The notes: generated by a model from the sequence alone, not told the origin. A stretch of 32,000 nt of DNA from Dickeya solani IPO 2222 (GCF_001644705.1 NZ_CP015137.1:3780001-3812000); one strand, 5' to 3'. Counted from the stretch's first letter, positions 1 to 8,968 are shown. Translations and numbers: made by a program.

Positions 1-1
1 T

Positions 2-319
2 TATAGCGGCGGGCTGGAAAATGCCTTCGTTATTGATCCGCTATTTCCTGAGGAGTCAGCGGCCAGAGCCGTGGACGCCCTTTTTTTCGCTATCCGATGC
101 ACGGCTCCGCTCCATAATATTAAACAGGTGTTGCTGGCTGGCGAGTTTTTTGATGAAGCGCCCGACTGGGTGATTCCCCGGACAGAACAGCTGCTTTCAC
201 ACCATGACAGCGAACATATCAATACCATTCGGATTACGTTCCTCAAACTGCCTTGCAAGCAGAGTATGACCGGTCTTATCCGGCTGAGCTCTGATGCCAT
301 TACCGCATTAATTGCGTAA
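2..319 (+). CDS. 3' end of an unidentified protein-coding gene (5' end lies outside the window)
   Basis: Frame 2 is open from the window edge to TAA at 317-319. Its GC3-rich codon usage matches neighbouring genes. The overlapping minus-strand ORF 1..369 is Ser/Cys-rich and looks like a shadow frame. I recognise no family. Confidence 0.35.
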   Translation, partial: YSGGLENAFVIDPLFPEESAARAVDALFFAIRCTAPLHNIKQVLLAGEFFDEAPDWVIPRTEQLLSHHDSEHINTIRITFLKLPCKQSMTGLIRLSSDAITALIA

Positions 320-464
320 ACCGTCTTCGGTAGTCCATGTTTTGTGATTAGCGCATCAGAACGAAACATCCCACTTTTACTTTGTTTCCTTGGTTAACTA
401 ATGTGGTCGGCAGGGGGTGTCCTTTCGGACACTCAGTCGTGAGTCAAACAGGGATAAGGGAAAA

Positions 465-2009
465 ATGGGCAATAACAACAAGCATGATGCAGTGGGGCGT
501 TTCCTTCTGGCGGTTCCCCTCCTGCTGGGAGGACTCAACCCGGCAACCGCTCTTGCGGATGCCACCTTGCAGAGCATGGCAGGGAAAACCGTCCCCTGGC
601 AGGACCGGCCGCGCGTTTTCGTTTTGTCAGATATCGGCAATGAGCCCGATGATCAAATGTCGCTCACCCGTTTTTTGCTGTATAGCAACGAGCTGAACAT
701 TGAGGGCATGGTGGCGACGACCTCGACCTGGCAGAAGAAAACCGTGCGTCCGGACATGATGGCGCGAGTACTCAGTCACTACGCGGAAGTCCAGCCAAAC
801 CTGCTGAAACACGATGCGCGTTATCCCGCCGCTGCTTCGCTTAAAGCCCTTATCGCTTCCGGGCAATCAGCTTACGGGATGGGCGATGTCGGTCCGGGTA
901 AAGCATCAACAGGGGCCGTTCTTCTGCTTAATGCGATTGAGCGGTCAACCGACGGCAACCGGCCGCTTTACATCAACCTCTGGGGCGGGGCCAACACGCT
1001 TGCTCAGGCGCTGACCGATTTATCGCGGAAATATCCGGCTGACAAGGTGAACGCTCTGACCCGTAACCTCATTGTTTACGCCATTTCCGATCAGGATGAT
1101 GCCGGGTACTGGGTACGCCAGCACTATCCCGAGATAACCTATATTGTTGATCCCTCAAGTCAGAACGGCGAGGACTATGCGCGCGCCACCTGGACGGGGA
1201 TCAGTGGCGACAAATATTACCGTAATGCCCCCGGCGCTGATTTCTCTACCGTCTCGCAGTCCTGGCTGGATGACAATATCCGCAAGAAAGGTCCCTTGGG
1301 TAAAGGGTACCTGCGGTATGACTTTATTATGGAGGGGGATACGCCGGCCTTCCTCGGGTTGATCCGTAACGGCCTTGCCAGTGAGATGAACCCTGGATGG
1401 GGGGGATGGGGAGGTCGTTATATTCTTCGCGTGCCCCAGAATGAGACGCGGCCGATCTGGAGCAGCGGCGGTGATTTTTTCCCTGGCAGCCCGAATGCGG
1501 CCGATACCGTCATCGGCATGGACGGCAGGCAATACACTTCGAATCAGGCCACCATCTGGCGGTGGCGCACCGCTTTTCAGCATGACTTCGCCGCGCGCAT
1601 GGACTGGAGCATTAAAGACTACGCTCAGGCTAACCACAATCCGGTGGTGGTGGTAAACGGGTCGCAGGGTAAGCAGCCAATTTCAGTGAAAGCCAAAGTG
1701 GGCGAGACGATTAAACTGAGTGCGGCGGGGTCGCGCGATCCCGACGGCGACACACTCAGCTACCAATGGATCTTTTACCCTGAAGCGTCGTCCGCCGTTT
1801 CGACGCCGGTGAATATCGGGGACGTCAGAGGAACGCGAGGCGAGGATTATCTGACTTACCCGGCGGTGCTATCGCTGAGCAACGCCGATCGGATAACGGC
1901 AGAGGTGAAGATCAACCATCCGGGTACGGCGCACATTATTCTGGCCGTGACGGATTCAGGCACGCCCGCGCTGACTTCCTACCGCAGGGTCATGGTGGTT
2001 GCTGAATAA
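465..2009 (+). CDS. Secreted DUF1593 / nucleoside-hydrolase-like domain protein with a C-terminal Ig-like domain (Sde182-type)
   Basis: ATG at 465 is preceded by AAGGG. The N-terminus MGNNNKHDAVGRFLLAVPLLLGGLNPATALA looks like a signal peptide. The motif FVLSDIGNEPDDQMSLTRFLLYSNELNIEGMVATTS matches my recollection of DUF1593. The track ORF start at 417 adds 16 unlikely residues. Confidence 0.65.
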   Translation: MGNNNKHDAVGRFLLAVPLLLGGLNPATALADATLQSMAGKTVPWQDRPRVFVLSDIGNEPDDQMSLTRFLLYSNELNIEGMVATTSTWQKKTVRPDMMARVLSHYAEVQPNLLKHDARYPAAASLKALIASGQSAYGMGDVGPGKASTGAVLLLNAIERSTDGNRPLYINLWGGANTLAQALTDLSRKYPADKVNALTRNLIVYAISDQDDAGYWVRQHYPEITYIVDPSSQNGEDYARATWTGISGDKYYRNAPGADFSTVSQSWLDDNIRKKGPLGKGYLRYDFIMEGDTPAFLGLIRNGLASEMNPGWGGWGGRYILRVPQNETRPIWSSGGDFFPGSPNAADTVIGMDGRQYTSNQATIWRWRTAFQHDFAARMDWSIKDYAQANHNPVVVVNGSQGKQPISVKAKVGETIKLSAAGSRDPDGDTLSYQWIFYPEASSAVSTPVNIGDVRGTRGEDYLTYPAVLSLSNADRITAEVKINHPGTAHIILAVTDSGTPALTSYRRVMVVAE

Positions 2010-2067
2010 GGATTGCCGTGCTGAACGGATGAGGGGGCAGGGCATCGTCGCGTAGCCACACGTGCGG

Positions 2068-2104
2068 CGACAAGGCAAGGCGGCGTTTGCGCCTCGCCTT
2101 GTCG
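2068..2104. repeat. 15-bp-stem hairpin (one mismatch) between convergent genes, followed by a REP-like palindrome at about 2125-2153
   Basis: cgacaaggcaaggcg (2068-2082) pairs with cgcctcgccttgtcg (2090-2104) across a 7-nt loop. Downstream, atgcgg-cttatc-ccgcat-ccggcgcc resembles the REP core GCATCCGGC. Neither side has a T-tract. Confidence 0.35.
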
Positions 2105-2195
2105 GGCGATATTGCAAAGAAATCATGCGGCTTATCCCGCATCCGGCGCCCGGAAAACCATACGGTCGCTTGTCGAGGGACAGACTGCGTGGCGA

Positions 2196-2891
2196 TCAAC
2201 AATCGTCAATAATCAGGTACGCCGCGTTCAGCGGTCCGTGAACCCCCACCACTTTGATCAGCTCGATATCGGCGGTAGAACTGGGTCCGGCGATCAGGTT
2301 GATGCACGACGGCAGCGGTTCGCCCTGTCGCGCTAGTTGGCGCAGATGCTGGGCCAGTTGCGCCACGCGCGGCAGCAGGCGACTTTTGCGCACAATAAAC
2401 AGCGTTGATTCCGGCAGCAGGCTGATGGCGCGCCCTTGTTGCGGCGTCGAGAACAACACCACGCCACCGGATTCGGTCAGGCCGTACTCGGCGTACACTA
2501 CGCCGATGCGGGCCTGTGTCGCCAACCGTAGATTTTCCTCGCCGACTGTCGGCTCCCAACACTGCGCCTGATACGCCTGCCGCAGGTGGTCGGTGACGCC
2601 CAGTTCCACCAGTCGTGGGTCGCCGCTGATCAGCACCGGCGCGCCGCCATAACGCTGGCACAGGCGCGCGGCGGCCTGCGCCACCTCAGCCTGCGGGGTG
2701 AGTTCACAGTGCGCCTGCATCACGTTGCTGGCGTAGTCGATGAAGGCGTCGCAGCGTTGCTGCGGCGTCAGATCGGTCAGGCGGGTGCGGGCCGGGTCGT
2801 TGTCCAGCGGCGGCAACGGCGGTGGCGTCTGGCGTGGCTCACGGCCGAGCCGGCGGGCCAGCGTGGACAGAAAGGCATCACGGTTTTCCAT
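2196..2891 (-). CDS. lutC: Lactate utilization protein C (LutC/YkgG family)
   Basis: It starts at MENRDAFLSTLARRLG. Its ATG shares one base with the lutB stop codon (TAATG at 2889-2893). It is third in a lutA-lutB-lutC order. The track ORF runs to 2984 only because the frame stays open. Confidence 0.8.
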   Translation of the reverse strand: MENRDAFLSTLARRLGREPRQTPPPLPPLDNDPARTRLTDLTPQQRCDAFIDYASNVMQAHCELTPQAEVAQAAARLCQRYGGAPVLISGDPRLVELGVTDHLRQAYQAQCWEPTVGEENLRLATQARIGVVYAEYGLTESGGVVLFSTPQQGRAISLLPESTLFIVRKSRLLPRVAQLAQHLRQLARQGEPLPSCINLIAGPSSTADIELIKVVGVHGPLNAAYLIIDDC

Positions 2892-4318
2892 TAACGTTTC
2901 TCCCTGGTCTGGCGTTGATGCTGTTTGAACCAACTGCGGAAGCTTTCGCCGTCGGCGTCCGGCAGGTCGCGGGCGGCGGTCCATTCGCTGATAGCGCCGA
3001 GGTTAAACGGCATCTTGCCGTCGCGAATCAGCCAGCGCGCGGCGTGCGCCCCCGCCACCATGCCGACTTTCCACACCCCCGGATGGCGGTTGGCGTAGTT
3101 GAACAGTTGAACGGTGCGCCGTTCGGCGGCGGGCGTCATGCCGTTTTCCGCCAGCGTGCGCCGGTGTTGCAGGATCAGCGAGGACAGCGGAATGCGCACC
3201 GGGCAGACGTCGTCGCAGGCGGTGCACAGCGAGCAGGCGTAAGGCAGATGTTTGAAGTCTTCATACCCGCCCAGCAGCGGCGACAATACCGCGCCGACCG
3301 GGCCTGGATAGATGGAGCCGTAGCCGTGGCCGCCGATATGACGGTAGGCGGGGCAGGTGTTGATGCAGGCGCCGCAGCGGATGCAGCGCAGAATGTCGTG
3401 AAACGGCGACCCCAGCACCTGCGAACGGCCGTTGTCGACGATCACCAGATGAAACTCCTCTGGGCCGTCGACGTCGCCGCTGCCTTTCGGGCCGGTCAGC
3501 CAGGTGTTGTAGCCGGTTAACCGGGCGCCGACCGCGCTGCGCGCCAGCATGGTGAGGATCACGTCCAGCTCGTCAAAGGTGGGGACGATGCGCTCCATAC
3601 CCATGACGGCGATGTGGGTGCGGGGCAGGGTGGTGCACAACCGGGCGTTGCCTTCGTTGCTCACCAGACTGACGGTGCCGGTTTCCGCCACGGCGAAGTT
3701 ACAGCCGGTGATCCCCACTTCGGCGCTGAGAAAATCTTCGCGGATTTTCTGGCGAATAAAGCGCGTCATCGCTTCCGGCGTTTCCGGGCCGTCGTAGCCC
3801 AGCCGCTGTTGCAGTACGCGCTGGATTTGATGGCGATCTTTGTGGATGGCGGGTACCACCACGTGGGAGGGCGCGTCCTGGTCCAGTTGCAGGATGTATT
3901 CGCCCAGATCGGTTTCCACCACCTCGATCCCGGCGGCCTGTAGCACGGCGTTCATGCCGATCTCTTCGGTCACCATGGATTTGGATTTCACCACCTTGCG
4001 GGCCTGTTTGGCCTGCGTCACCTGCAAAATATACCGGGTGGCGTCTTCGCGGGTTTCGGCAAAAAACACCTTACCGCCGTTGGCGGTCACTTGCTCCGAC
4101 AGCTGGTACAGGTAGGCGTCGAGATTATCGAGTACGTGGGCGCGAATCTGCGCCGCCCGCGTACGCCAGACATCCCATTGGCCCAGTTCATCGACCATTT
4201 TCTGGCGGTTGGCGCCGATGCGTTCCTGCGCGTTGGCGACCGCCTGACGCATGATAGGGTTGTCGATCTGCTGACGGATACGTTCGCGAAACGGCAGGTT
4301 GCTGGTTTTGAGGTACAT
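2891..4318 (-). CDS. lutB: Lactate utilization iron-sulfur protein B (LutB/YkgF family)
   Basis: 475 aa. It has two ferredoxin-type Cys clusters (CIRCGACINTCP and CSLCTACDDVCP). A strong AAGGAG sits before the ATG at 4318. Confidence 0.9.
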   Translation of the reverse strand: MYLKTSNLPFRERIRQQIDNPIMRQAVANAQERIGANRQKMVDELGQWDVWRTRAAQIRAHVLDNLDAYLYQLSEQVTANGGKVFFAETREDATRYILQVTQAKQARKVVKSKSMVTEEIGMNAVLQAAGIEVVETDLGEYILQLDQDAPSHVVVPAIHKDRHQIQRVLQQRLGYDGPETPEAMTRFIRQKIREDFLSAEVGITGCNFAVAETGTVSLVSNEGNARLCTTLPRTHIAVMGMERIVPTFDELDVILTMLARSAVGARLTGYNTWLTGPKGSGDVDGPEEFHLVIVDNGRSQVLGSPFHDILRCIRCGACINTCPAYRHIGGHGYGSIYPGPVGAVLSPLLGGYEDFKHLPYACSLCTACDDVCPVRIPLSSLILQHRRTLAENGMTPAAERRTVQLFNYANRHPGVWKVGMVAGAHAARWLIRDGKMPFNLGAISEWTAARDLPDADGESFRSWFKQHQRQTREKR

Positions 4319-4327
4319 GGCGTCTCC

Positions 4328-5047
4328 TTAACGGCTCATCAGCACTTCGGCGATATGCAACACCTGAACGGCGTGCCCTTCACGCCGCAGCCGTCCGCCG
4401 ATGTTGATAAGGCAACTGACATCGGCGCCTATCAGGTAGTCCGGTTTGGCTTCCATAACGTGCGCCACCTTTTCTTTCACCATTTCGCCGGAGATCTCCG
4501 CCATTTTGACGGAAAAAGTGCCGCCGAAACCGCAGCAGGTTTCCGGCGCATGAAACGGCAGCAGTTCCAGGCCGCGCACCTGATGCAGCAGCGCCAGCGG
4601 TTCGTCGCGTACGCCCATTTTGCGAAACAGGCTGCAGGAGGGGTGATAGACCGCCTTGCCCGGCAGGCGGGCACCGACATCGGTGACCCCGAGCCGGTTG
4701 ACGATAAACGAGGTGAGGTCAACCATCCGGCCGGCGACCTGTGCGGCGCGACTCGCCCATGCCGGTTCATCGGCCAGCCAGTCGGCATAATGGCGGATGG
4801 CGTTGGTGCAGGAGCCGGCGGGCGAAATAATCGGGTCATCGTTCTCTTCCAGCGTGGCGATCAGCGTTTTCATGCCCGGCAGCGCGTCGCGGATATACCC
4901 GCTATTGATGGCGGGCTGACCGCAGCAGCCTTGCCGCTCGGGAAAGTGAACGTGGCAGCCGAGCTGCTCCAGCAGCAGCACGCTGTCACGCGCCATGCGC
5001 GATTTGAGCGCATCGCCGATACAGGTGACAAAAAAATTAACGTTCAT
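4328..5047 (-). CDS. lutA: Lactate utilization protein A, CCG-domain Fe-S oxidoreductase (LutA/YkgE family)
   Basis: 239 aa. It begins MNVNFFVTCIGD and carries CCG motifs (QGCCGQP, ETCCGFGG). It is the first gene of the lutABC operon. Confidence 0.9.
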   Translation of the reverse strand: MNVNFFVTCIGDALKSRMARDSVLLLEQLGCHVHFPERQGCCGQPAINSGYIRDALPGMKTLIATLEENDDPIISPAGSCTNAIRHYADWLADEPAWASRAAQVAGRMVDLTSFIVNRLGVTDVGARLPGKAVYHPSCSLFRKMGVRDEPLALLHQVRGLELLPFHAPETCCGFGGTFSVKMAEISGEMVKEKVAHVMEAKPDYLIGADVSCLINIGGRLRREGHAVQVLHIAEVLMSR

Positions 5048-5112
5048 GTTGTGTTAGCTTCCAGTTTGTAGGGGTTAACGGCGTATCGGTTTAAAAAGGT
5101 GTCGGTTTAAAA

Positions 5113-5135
5113 ATAACGATGGCGCTTATCGTTAT
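5113..5135 (-). terminator. Candidate rho-independent terminator of cfa
   Basis: Read on the minus strand: ATAACGAT-AAGCGCC-ATCGTTAT followed by TTTTTAAA, 46 nt after the cfa stop. Confidence 0.5.
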
Positions 5136-5180
5136 GCGTTCGCTGGCCTGCGCCCGTGGCCTGAACGCTTGGATGAACAC

Positions 5181-6329
5181 TCAGCGCGGCACGCACAGCC
5201 CGTGTGTGACGCCCCGGCTGAACAGGACTTGCCATAACTGAATGTTTCTGGCCCGAAAAGCACCGGCGCAGGTGGTTAGGTAATAACTAAACATACGTCG
5301 GAAGGCGGGCGAATAACCGGCAGCCAGTTGCGGCCAGGTTTCGGTAAAACGGGTCAGCCAGGCCATCAGGGTTTTATCGTAATCGGCACCGAAGTTGTGC
5401 CAGTCTTCCATCACAAAATAGGGTTCGCTGGTGTTGGCGATCTGTTTAATGGATGGCAGGCATCCGTTGGGAAAAATGTATTTATTAATCCACGGGTCAA
5501 CGTTATGAGCGGTTTTATTCGACCCGATGGTATGCAGCAGGAACAGGCCGTCCGGCTTCAGGCAGCGATCCACCACCTCAAAATAGGTGGCGTAATTTTT
5601 CGGCCCGACATGTTCAAACATGCCGACGGAGACAATACGGTCGTACTGCTGGCGCAGATCGCGGTAATCCTGCAACAGAATATGGACATCCAGCCCGCAG
5701 CAGCGCGCTTCCACAAAGGCTTTCTGCTCAGCGGAAATGGTGACGCCATGCACGGTGACGCCGTAATGCTGGGCGGCGAACACCGCCAGCCCGCCCCAGC
5801 CGCAGCCGATATCCAGCAGCGTCATGCCGGGTTCGAGCCGGAGTTTTTCGCAGATCAGCGCCAGCTTGTCCTGTTGGGCGTCGTCAAGCGTGTCGGCCTG
5901 TTTCCAGTAGCCGCACGAATATTGCATGTAGGGATCGAGCATGTGGCTGAACAGGTCATTGCCGAGGTCGTAGTGCACTTTGCCGACCTGCCAGGCACGT
6001 TTGCGGGACTGAAAGTTGACCAACCGTGCCAGGGCGATGCGCATCAGATCGCGCCAGCGTGACGGACGTTGTTCATCCAGCCGGGCGGTGAGTAACCGGT
6101 GAAAGAACATATCGAGCCGCGGGCAGTCCCACCAGCCTTCCATGTAACTTTCACCCAGGCCAAGAGAACCCTGTTGTAATACCCGTTTGAAAAAGCGTGA
6201 ATCGTTAACCTGAATATCCCAGGCTTCGCCGCCATTAATGGTAATGCCGGCCTGATGTAATAATTCCTGCACCATACGCCGCCATTCATTTTTCTCGCTG
6301 ATATCCTCAACGATGCACACATTACTCAT
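5181..6329 (-). CDS. cfa: Cyclopropane-fatty-acyl-phospholipid synthase
   Basis: 382 aa, the same length as E. coli Cfa. It is near-colinear with that protein (GSLGLGESYMEGWWDC, VLDIGCGWGGLA, VSVGMFEHVGPKNY, FRARNIQLWQVLFSRG). Confidence 0.95.
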   Translation of the reverse strand: MSNVCIVEDISEKNEWRRMVQELLHQAGITINGGEAWDIQVNDSRFFKRVLQQGSLGLGESYMEGWWDCPRLDMFFHRLLTARLDEQRPSRWRDLMRIALARLVNFQSRKRAWQVGKVHYDLGNDLFSHMLDPYMQYSCGYWKQADTLDDAQQDKLALICEKLRLEPGMTLLDIGCGWGGLAVFAAQHYGVTVHGVTISAEQKAFVEARCCGLDVHILLQDYRDLRQQYDRIVSVGMFEHVGPKNYATYFEVVDRCLKPDGLFLLHTIGSNKTAHNVDPWINKYIFPNGCLPSIKQIANTSEPYFVMEDWHNFGADYDKTLMAWLTRFTETWPQLAAGYSPAFRRMFSYYLTTCAGAFRARNIQLWQVLFSRGVTHGLCVPR

Positions 6330-6622
6330 GATGTCTCCTGTAACTAACAGTTAATTCAATTGTTTATCGCTAATGCTGATCACTACTGGGGCACTGTTGT
6401 TTCGGATGACATCGTGTTGCCGTCGGCAAAATGACGTATTTCATCAAAAGACGGACAAGCTATTACTAAAAACGGCGAGCGGCCGTGACATAAAAAAAAT
6501 GTCGCTTCCATGAATTCTTCCTCAATCCATTTGCTGGTTTGAAAAATCGTACAATCACAGCGAATTCGTTCATCAGGTCATGAGCTGGCACCTGCTGAAT
6601 AGGTGTTGATTATCGGGCAAAT

Positions 6623-6678
6623 CAGACTGGCCTGCGTTACCCTATTGAGACAAACTTCATCGAGTAGAGGCCAGTCTG
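6623..6678 (+). promoter_or_regulatory. 5'-leader hairpin overlapping the Shine-Dalgarno sequence of the AraC-family gene
   Basis: Perfect 10-bp inverted repeat: cagactggcc (6623-6632) and ggccagtctg (6669-6678). The right arm overlaps GAGG (6667-6670) and ends 2 nt before the ATG at 6681. Confidence 0.35.
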
Positions 6679-6680
6679 TC

Positions 6681-7478
6681 ATGTCGCGTTCGTTTGTTTC
6701 TTCCCCCCGTTTGCCGGTGGCTGGACAACCCGCGCCGGTATTGCTCACGCTGCCGCGGCCGGTCTACTTTCGCAGCTATCCGCTGGCGAAAGAGACGGAA
6801 GTGGCGGAGCACCAGCACCCGTTTGTCGAATTTCTGTATGCGCGGGAAGGGGGGATGCGGGTGGAGATTGAAGGTAAGACGCTGATCGTGCCGGTGCTGT
6901 ACGGCGTCTGGATTCCGGCGCACGTGCCGCACCGCATTCTGGCGACCAGCGACGTGCTGCTGGAAAGTCTGTACATCGAGCCGGATTACGTGGCTATCGA
7001 CCACAGCGGTTGCAAGGTGGTGCTGGTCAGCGATTTCATCCGCGAGTTTATCCACTACGCCACCGGTCATGTGCCGGAACAGTACGACCACGAGGGCGAT
7101 GACGCCAGGCTGGTGCAGGTGCTGACCACATTGTTGCGACAGCTGCCGGATGCCGGGTTTTCGCTGTCGTGGCCGTATTCGTCCACACTGATGCGGGTAT
7201 GCCGTGATATTCAGCAGACGCCGGATGCGCCTCACGGCATCGAGGAGTGGGCCGCCCGCACCGGGATGTCGGTGCGTACCTTTTCGCGCCGTTTCAAAAA
7301 GGAGACCGGGGTGGCGTTCAGCGAGTGGAAGAAACGCCAGCGGCTGCTGGAGTCGGTGGTGATGCTAAAAAACAACCGCAGCGTGACGCAGGTGGCGCTG
7401 GAATTGGGGTATGCCAGCACCGCCTCGTTTACCTTCGCATTCCGCCAGATGTTCGGGGTGCCGCCGACGCGCTATTAA
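6681..7478 (+). CDS. AraC-family transcriptional regulator with an N-terminal cupin-type sensor domain
   Basis: ATG at 6681 follows GAGG. The N-terminal half is cupin-like (HQHPFVEFLYAREGGMRVEIEG...WIPAHVPHRI). The C-terminal half is an AraC HTH (VTQVALELGYASTASFTFAFRQMFGVPPTRY). Confidence 0.8.
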   Translation: MSRSFVSSPRLPVAGQPAPVLLTLPRPVYFRSYPLAKETEVAEHQHPFVEFLYAREGGMRVEIEGKTLIVPVLYGVWIPAHVPHRILATSDVLLESLYIEPDYVAIDHSGCKVVLVSDFIREFIHYATGHVPEQYDHEGDDARLVQVLTTLLRQLPDAGFSLSWPYSSTLMRVCRDIQQTPDAPHGIEEWAARTGMSVRTFSRRFKKETGVAFSEWKKRQRLLESVVMLKNNRSVTQVALELGYASTASFTFAFRQMFGVPPTRY

Positions 7479-7832
7479 TTCCCGCTTTTTCGGCCTGCGG
7501 TCAGACCGCTGACAAACCCTATGAGTTTAAAATAAAGGGATTTTCCGGTGTTAAAACTGTGCTGAGGTGTGCGACTTCGCCGGGTGAGCGGCATGGATGC
7601 CGCGAAAGCTCGTGTCGCGTCGGGAACGCGTCACGGGCGGCCCGAACGGCGAAGGCGAACGCCGAAGGGACCGCGAAGCGGCACAGTTTAGCCCTCAGCC
7701 AGTGGTCAAGGAGAGGTGGCGTCTGAACCTCTCCTTGTCGTGCGAGCGATGGAATGGCAGAGAAACTACATCGTTTATCCCGCACGAAACTATTCACTTA
7801 CCGGACAACATTCACCGTTCGTAAGACAACAT

Positions 7833-7850
7833 GGCTGTTTGTCAACAGCC
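7833..7850 (-). terminator. Candidate terminator of yohK
   Basis: Minus strand: GGCTGTT-GACA-AACAGCC followed by ATGTTGTCTTAC, 17 nt after the stop. The U-tract is weak. Confidence 0.35.
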
Positions 7851-7866
7851 TCACCTGCGGTACGGA

Positions 7867-8562
7867 TTAGCGCGCGAGGGCGACCAACAGCGGAAACAGC
7901 AGTGGCGCCATGAGCGAGGTGATGATGCCGCAGATCACCAGCGCCAGCGAACTGAACGCGCCTTCTTCATAATCCAGTTCGGCGCAGCGGGCGGTGCCGA
8001 GCGCGTGCGAGGCGGTGCCCATCGCCAGCCCGCGCGACGCTTTAGTGTGAATCCGCATCGCATTGAGCAGTGTATGCCCGAACACCGCGCCGAGGATGCC
8101 GACAAAGATCACGCACACCGCGCTGACGGCCGGGATGCCGCCGATGCTGCCGCCCACCGCCATAGCGATCGGCGTGGTGACCGATTTCGGCAGGATCGAG
8201 GCGGCAATCGCCGGCGTTGCCCCCAGCCGCAGCGCAATCCAGGTGCCGGTGACCATCGCCACCATGCTGCCGAGAAAGCAGACGCTGATGATCGACTTCC
8301 AGCGCATGCGAATCTGGTGCAGCTGTTCATACAGCGGAAACGCCAGCGCCACTACCGCCGGTTGCAGCAGGCTGTTGAGCACCGAACTGCCGCGGAAATA
8401 GTGTTCGTAGGGAATATGGCTGATCAGCAGAAACGCGATCAGCACCACCATGGAAACCAGCAACGGGTTTAGCAATGGCGAATTCAGACGCTGGGCCAGC
8501 CGACGCGCCAAAAAGAACACCAGCAGCGTTAATGGCAGCGACCAGACGATATCATGCCACAT
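7867..8562 (-). CDS. yohK: LrgB-family membrane protein (YohK)
   Basis: 231 aa, colinear with E. coli YohK ([76 protein letters not shown]). Confidence 0.9.
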   Translation of the reverse strand: MWHDIVWSLPLTLLVFFLARRLAQRLNSPLLNPLLVSMVVLIAFLLISHIPYEHYFRGSSVLNSLLQPAVVALAFPLYEQLHQIRMRWKSIISVCFLGSMVAMVTGTWIALRLGATPAIAASILPKSVTTPIAMAVGGSIGGIPAVSAVCVIFVGILGAVFGHTLLNAMRIHTKASRGLAMGTASHALGTARCAELDYEEGAFSSLALVICGIITSLMAPLLFPLLVALAR

Positions 8563-8968
8563 GGTCGGCTCCTTTTTCCGCGTCGGCCTGATGACGGGCC
8601 GACTTACGGCCGTGGATCAGATGCGAACAGCCGCTCACGGTGATCAGCACCACCAGCGTGCTGGCGGCGCAGGAAATGATTACCGGCGCGAACTGGGCGC
8701 GCAGCAGGTCGAAGTACTGCATCACGCCGACGCCAATCGGCACGAACAGCAGCGCCATATAGCGGATCAGCACATGGCACCCCGGTTTGACCCACTGCGC
8801 CGGGATAATCTGCAACGACAACAACAGAAACAGGATCAGCATACCGATGATGCTGCCCGGCAGAGTGATGGGCAGCACGGCGGATAGGCCGATGCCGAGA
8901 TACAAACAGGCGTAAATCAGTAAAAACGCTCTGGCCTGATGCCAGAAGCGGGTCATAACGGTATTCAT
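8552..8968 (-). CDS. yohJ: LrgA/CidA-family holin-like membrane protein (YohJ)
   Basis: 138 aa, colinear with E. coli YohJ from residue 1 ([48 protein letters not shown]). It overlaps yohK by 11 nt. Confidence 0.9.
   Translation of the reverse strand: MNTVMTRFWHQARAFLLIYACLYLGIGLSAVLPITLPGSIIGMLILFLLLSLQIIPAQWVKPGCHVLIRYMALLFVPIGVGVMQYFDLLRAQFAPVIISCAASTLVVLITVSGCSHLIHGRKSARHQADAEKGADHVA

Noticed and set aside
1-369. Minus-strand 122-aa ORF at the window start.
   Set aside because: Its composition is Ser/Cys-rich and it has no plausible RBS. The plus-strand frame has better codon bias and a clean stop, so I called the plus-strand fragment instead, at low confidence.
2892-2984. N-terminal extensions suggested by the longest-ORF track for lutC (to 2984), the kinase (to 10937), the ATPase (to 12229), the permease (to 13982), nikA (from 20348), nikB (from 22075), the AraC gene (from 6603), the Rob-like gene (from 28944) and the DUF2501-like gene (from 30095).
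   Set aside because: In each case an internal ATG has a proper SD sequence, and/or removes overlap with the upstream gene, and/or restores a signal peptide or the homologue's N-terminus. The extensions are Arg/Pro-rich or run through the ERIC repeat.
4091-5071. Long antisense ORFs opposite real genes: 4091..5071 (+), 5328..6062 (+), 12189..13541 (+), 14735..16432 (+), 20909..21703 (-) and 26139..27320 (-), among others.
   Set aside because: All are Arg/Gly/Ala/His-rich, low-complexity translations lying exactly opposite genes with strong homology-type signatures (lutA, cfa, ABC permease, katG, nikA, emrA). These are typical shadow frames of GC-rich DNA.
7519-7824. ORFs of 75-159 aa (7247..7726 +, 7597..7824 +, 7519..7797 -) across the structured intergenic element.
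   Set aside because: The translations are Arg/Gly/Ala/Glu low-complexity sequences with no start signals. The 7247 ORF is merely an alternative frame of the AraC gene running on. I interpret the region as non-coding (see the finding).
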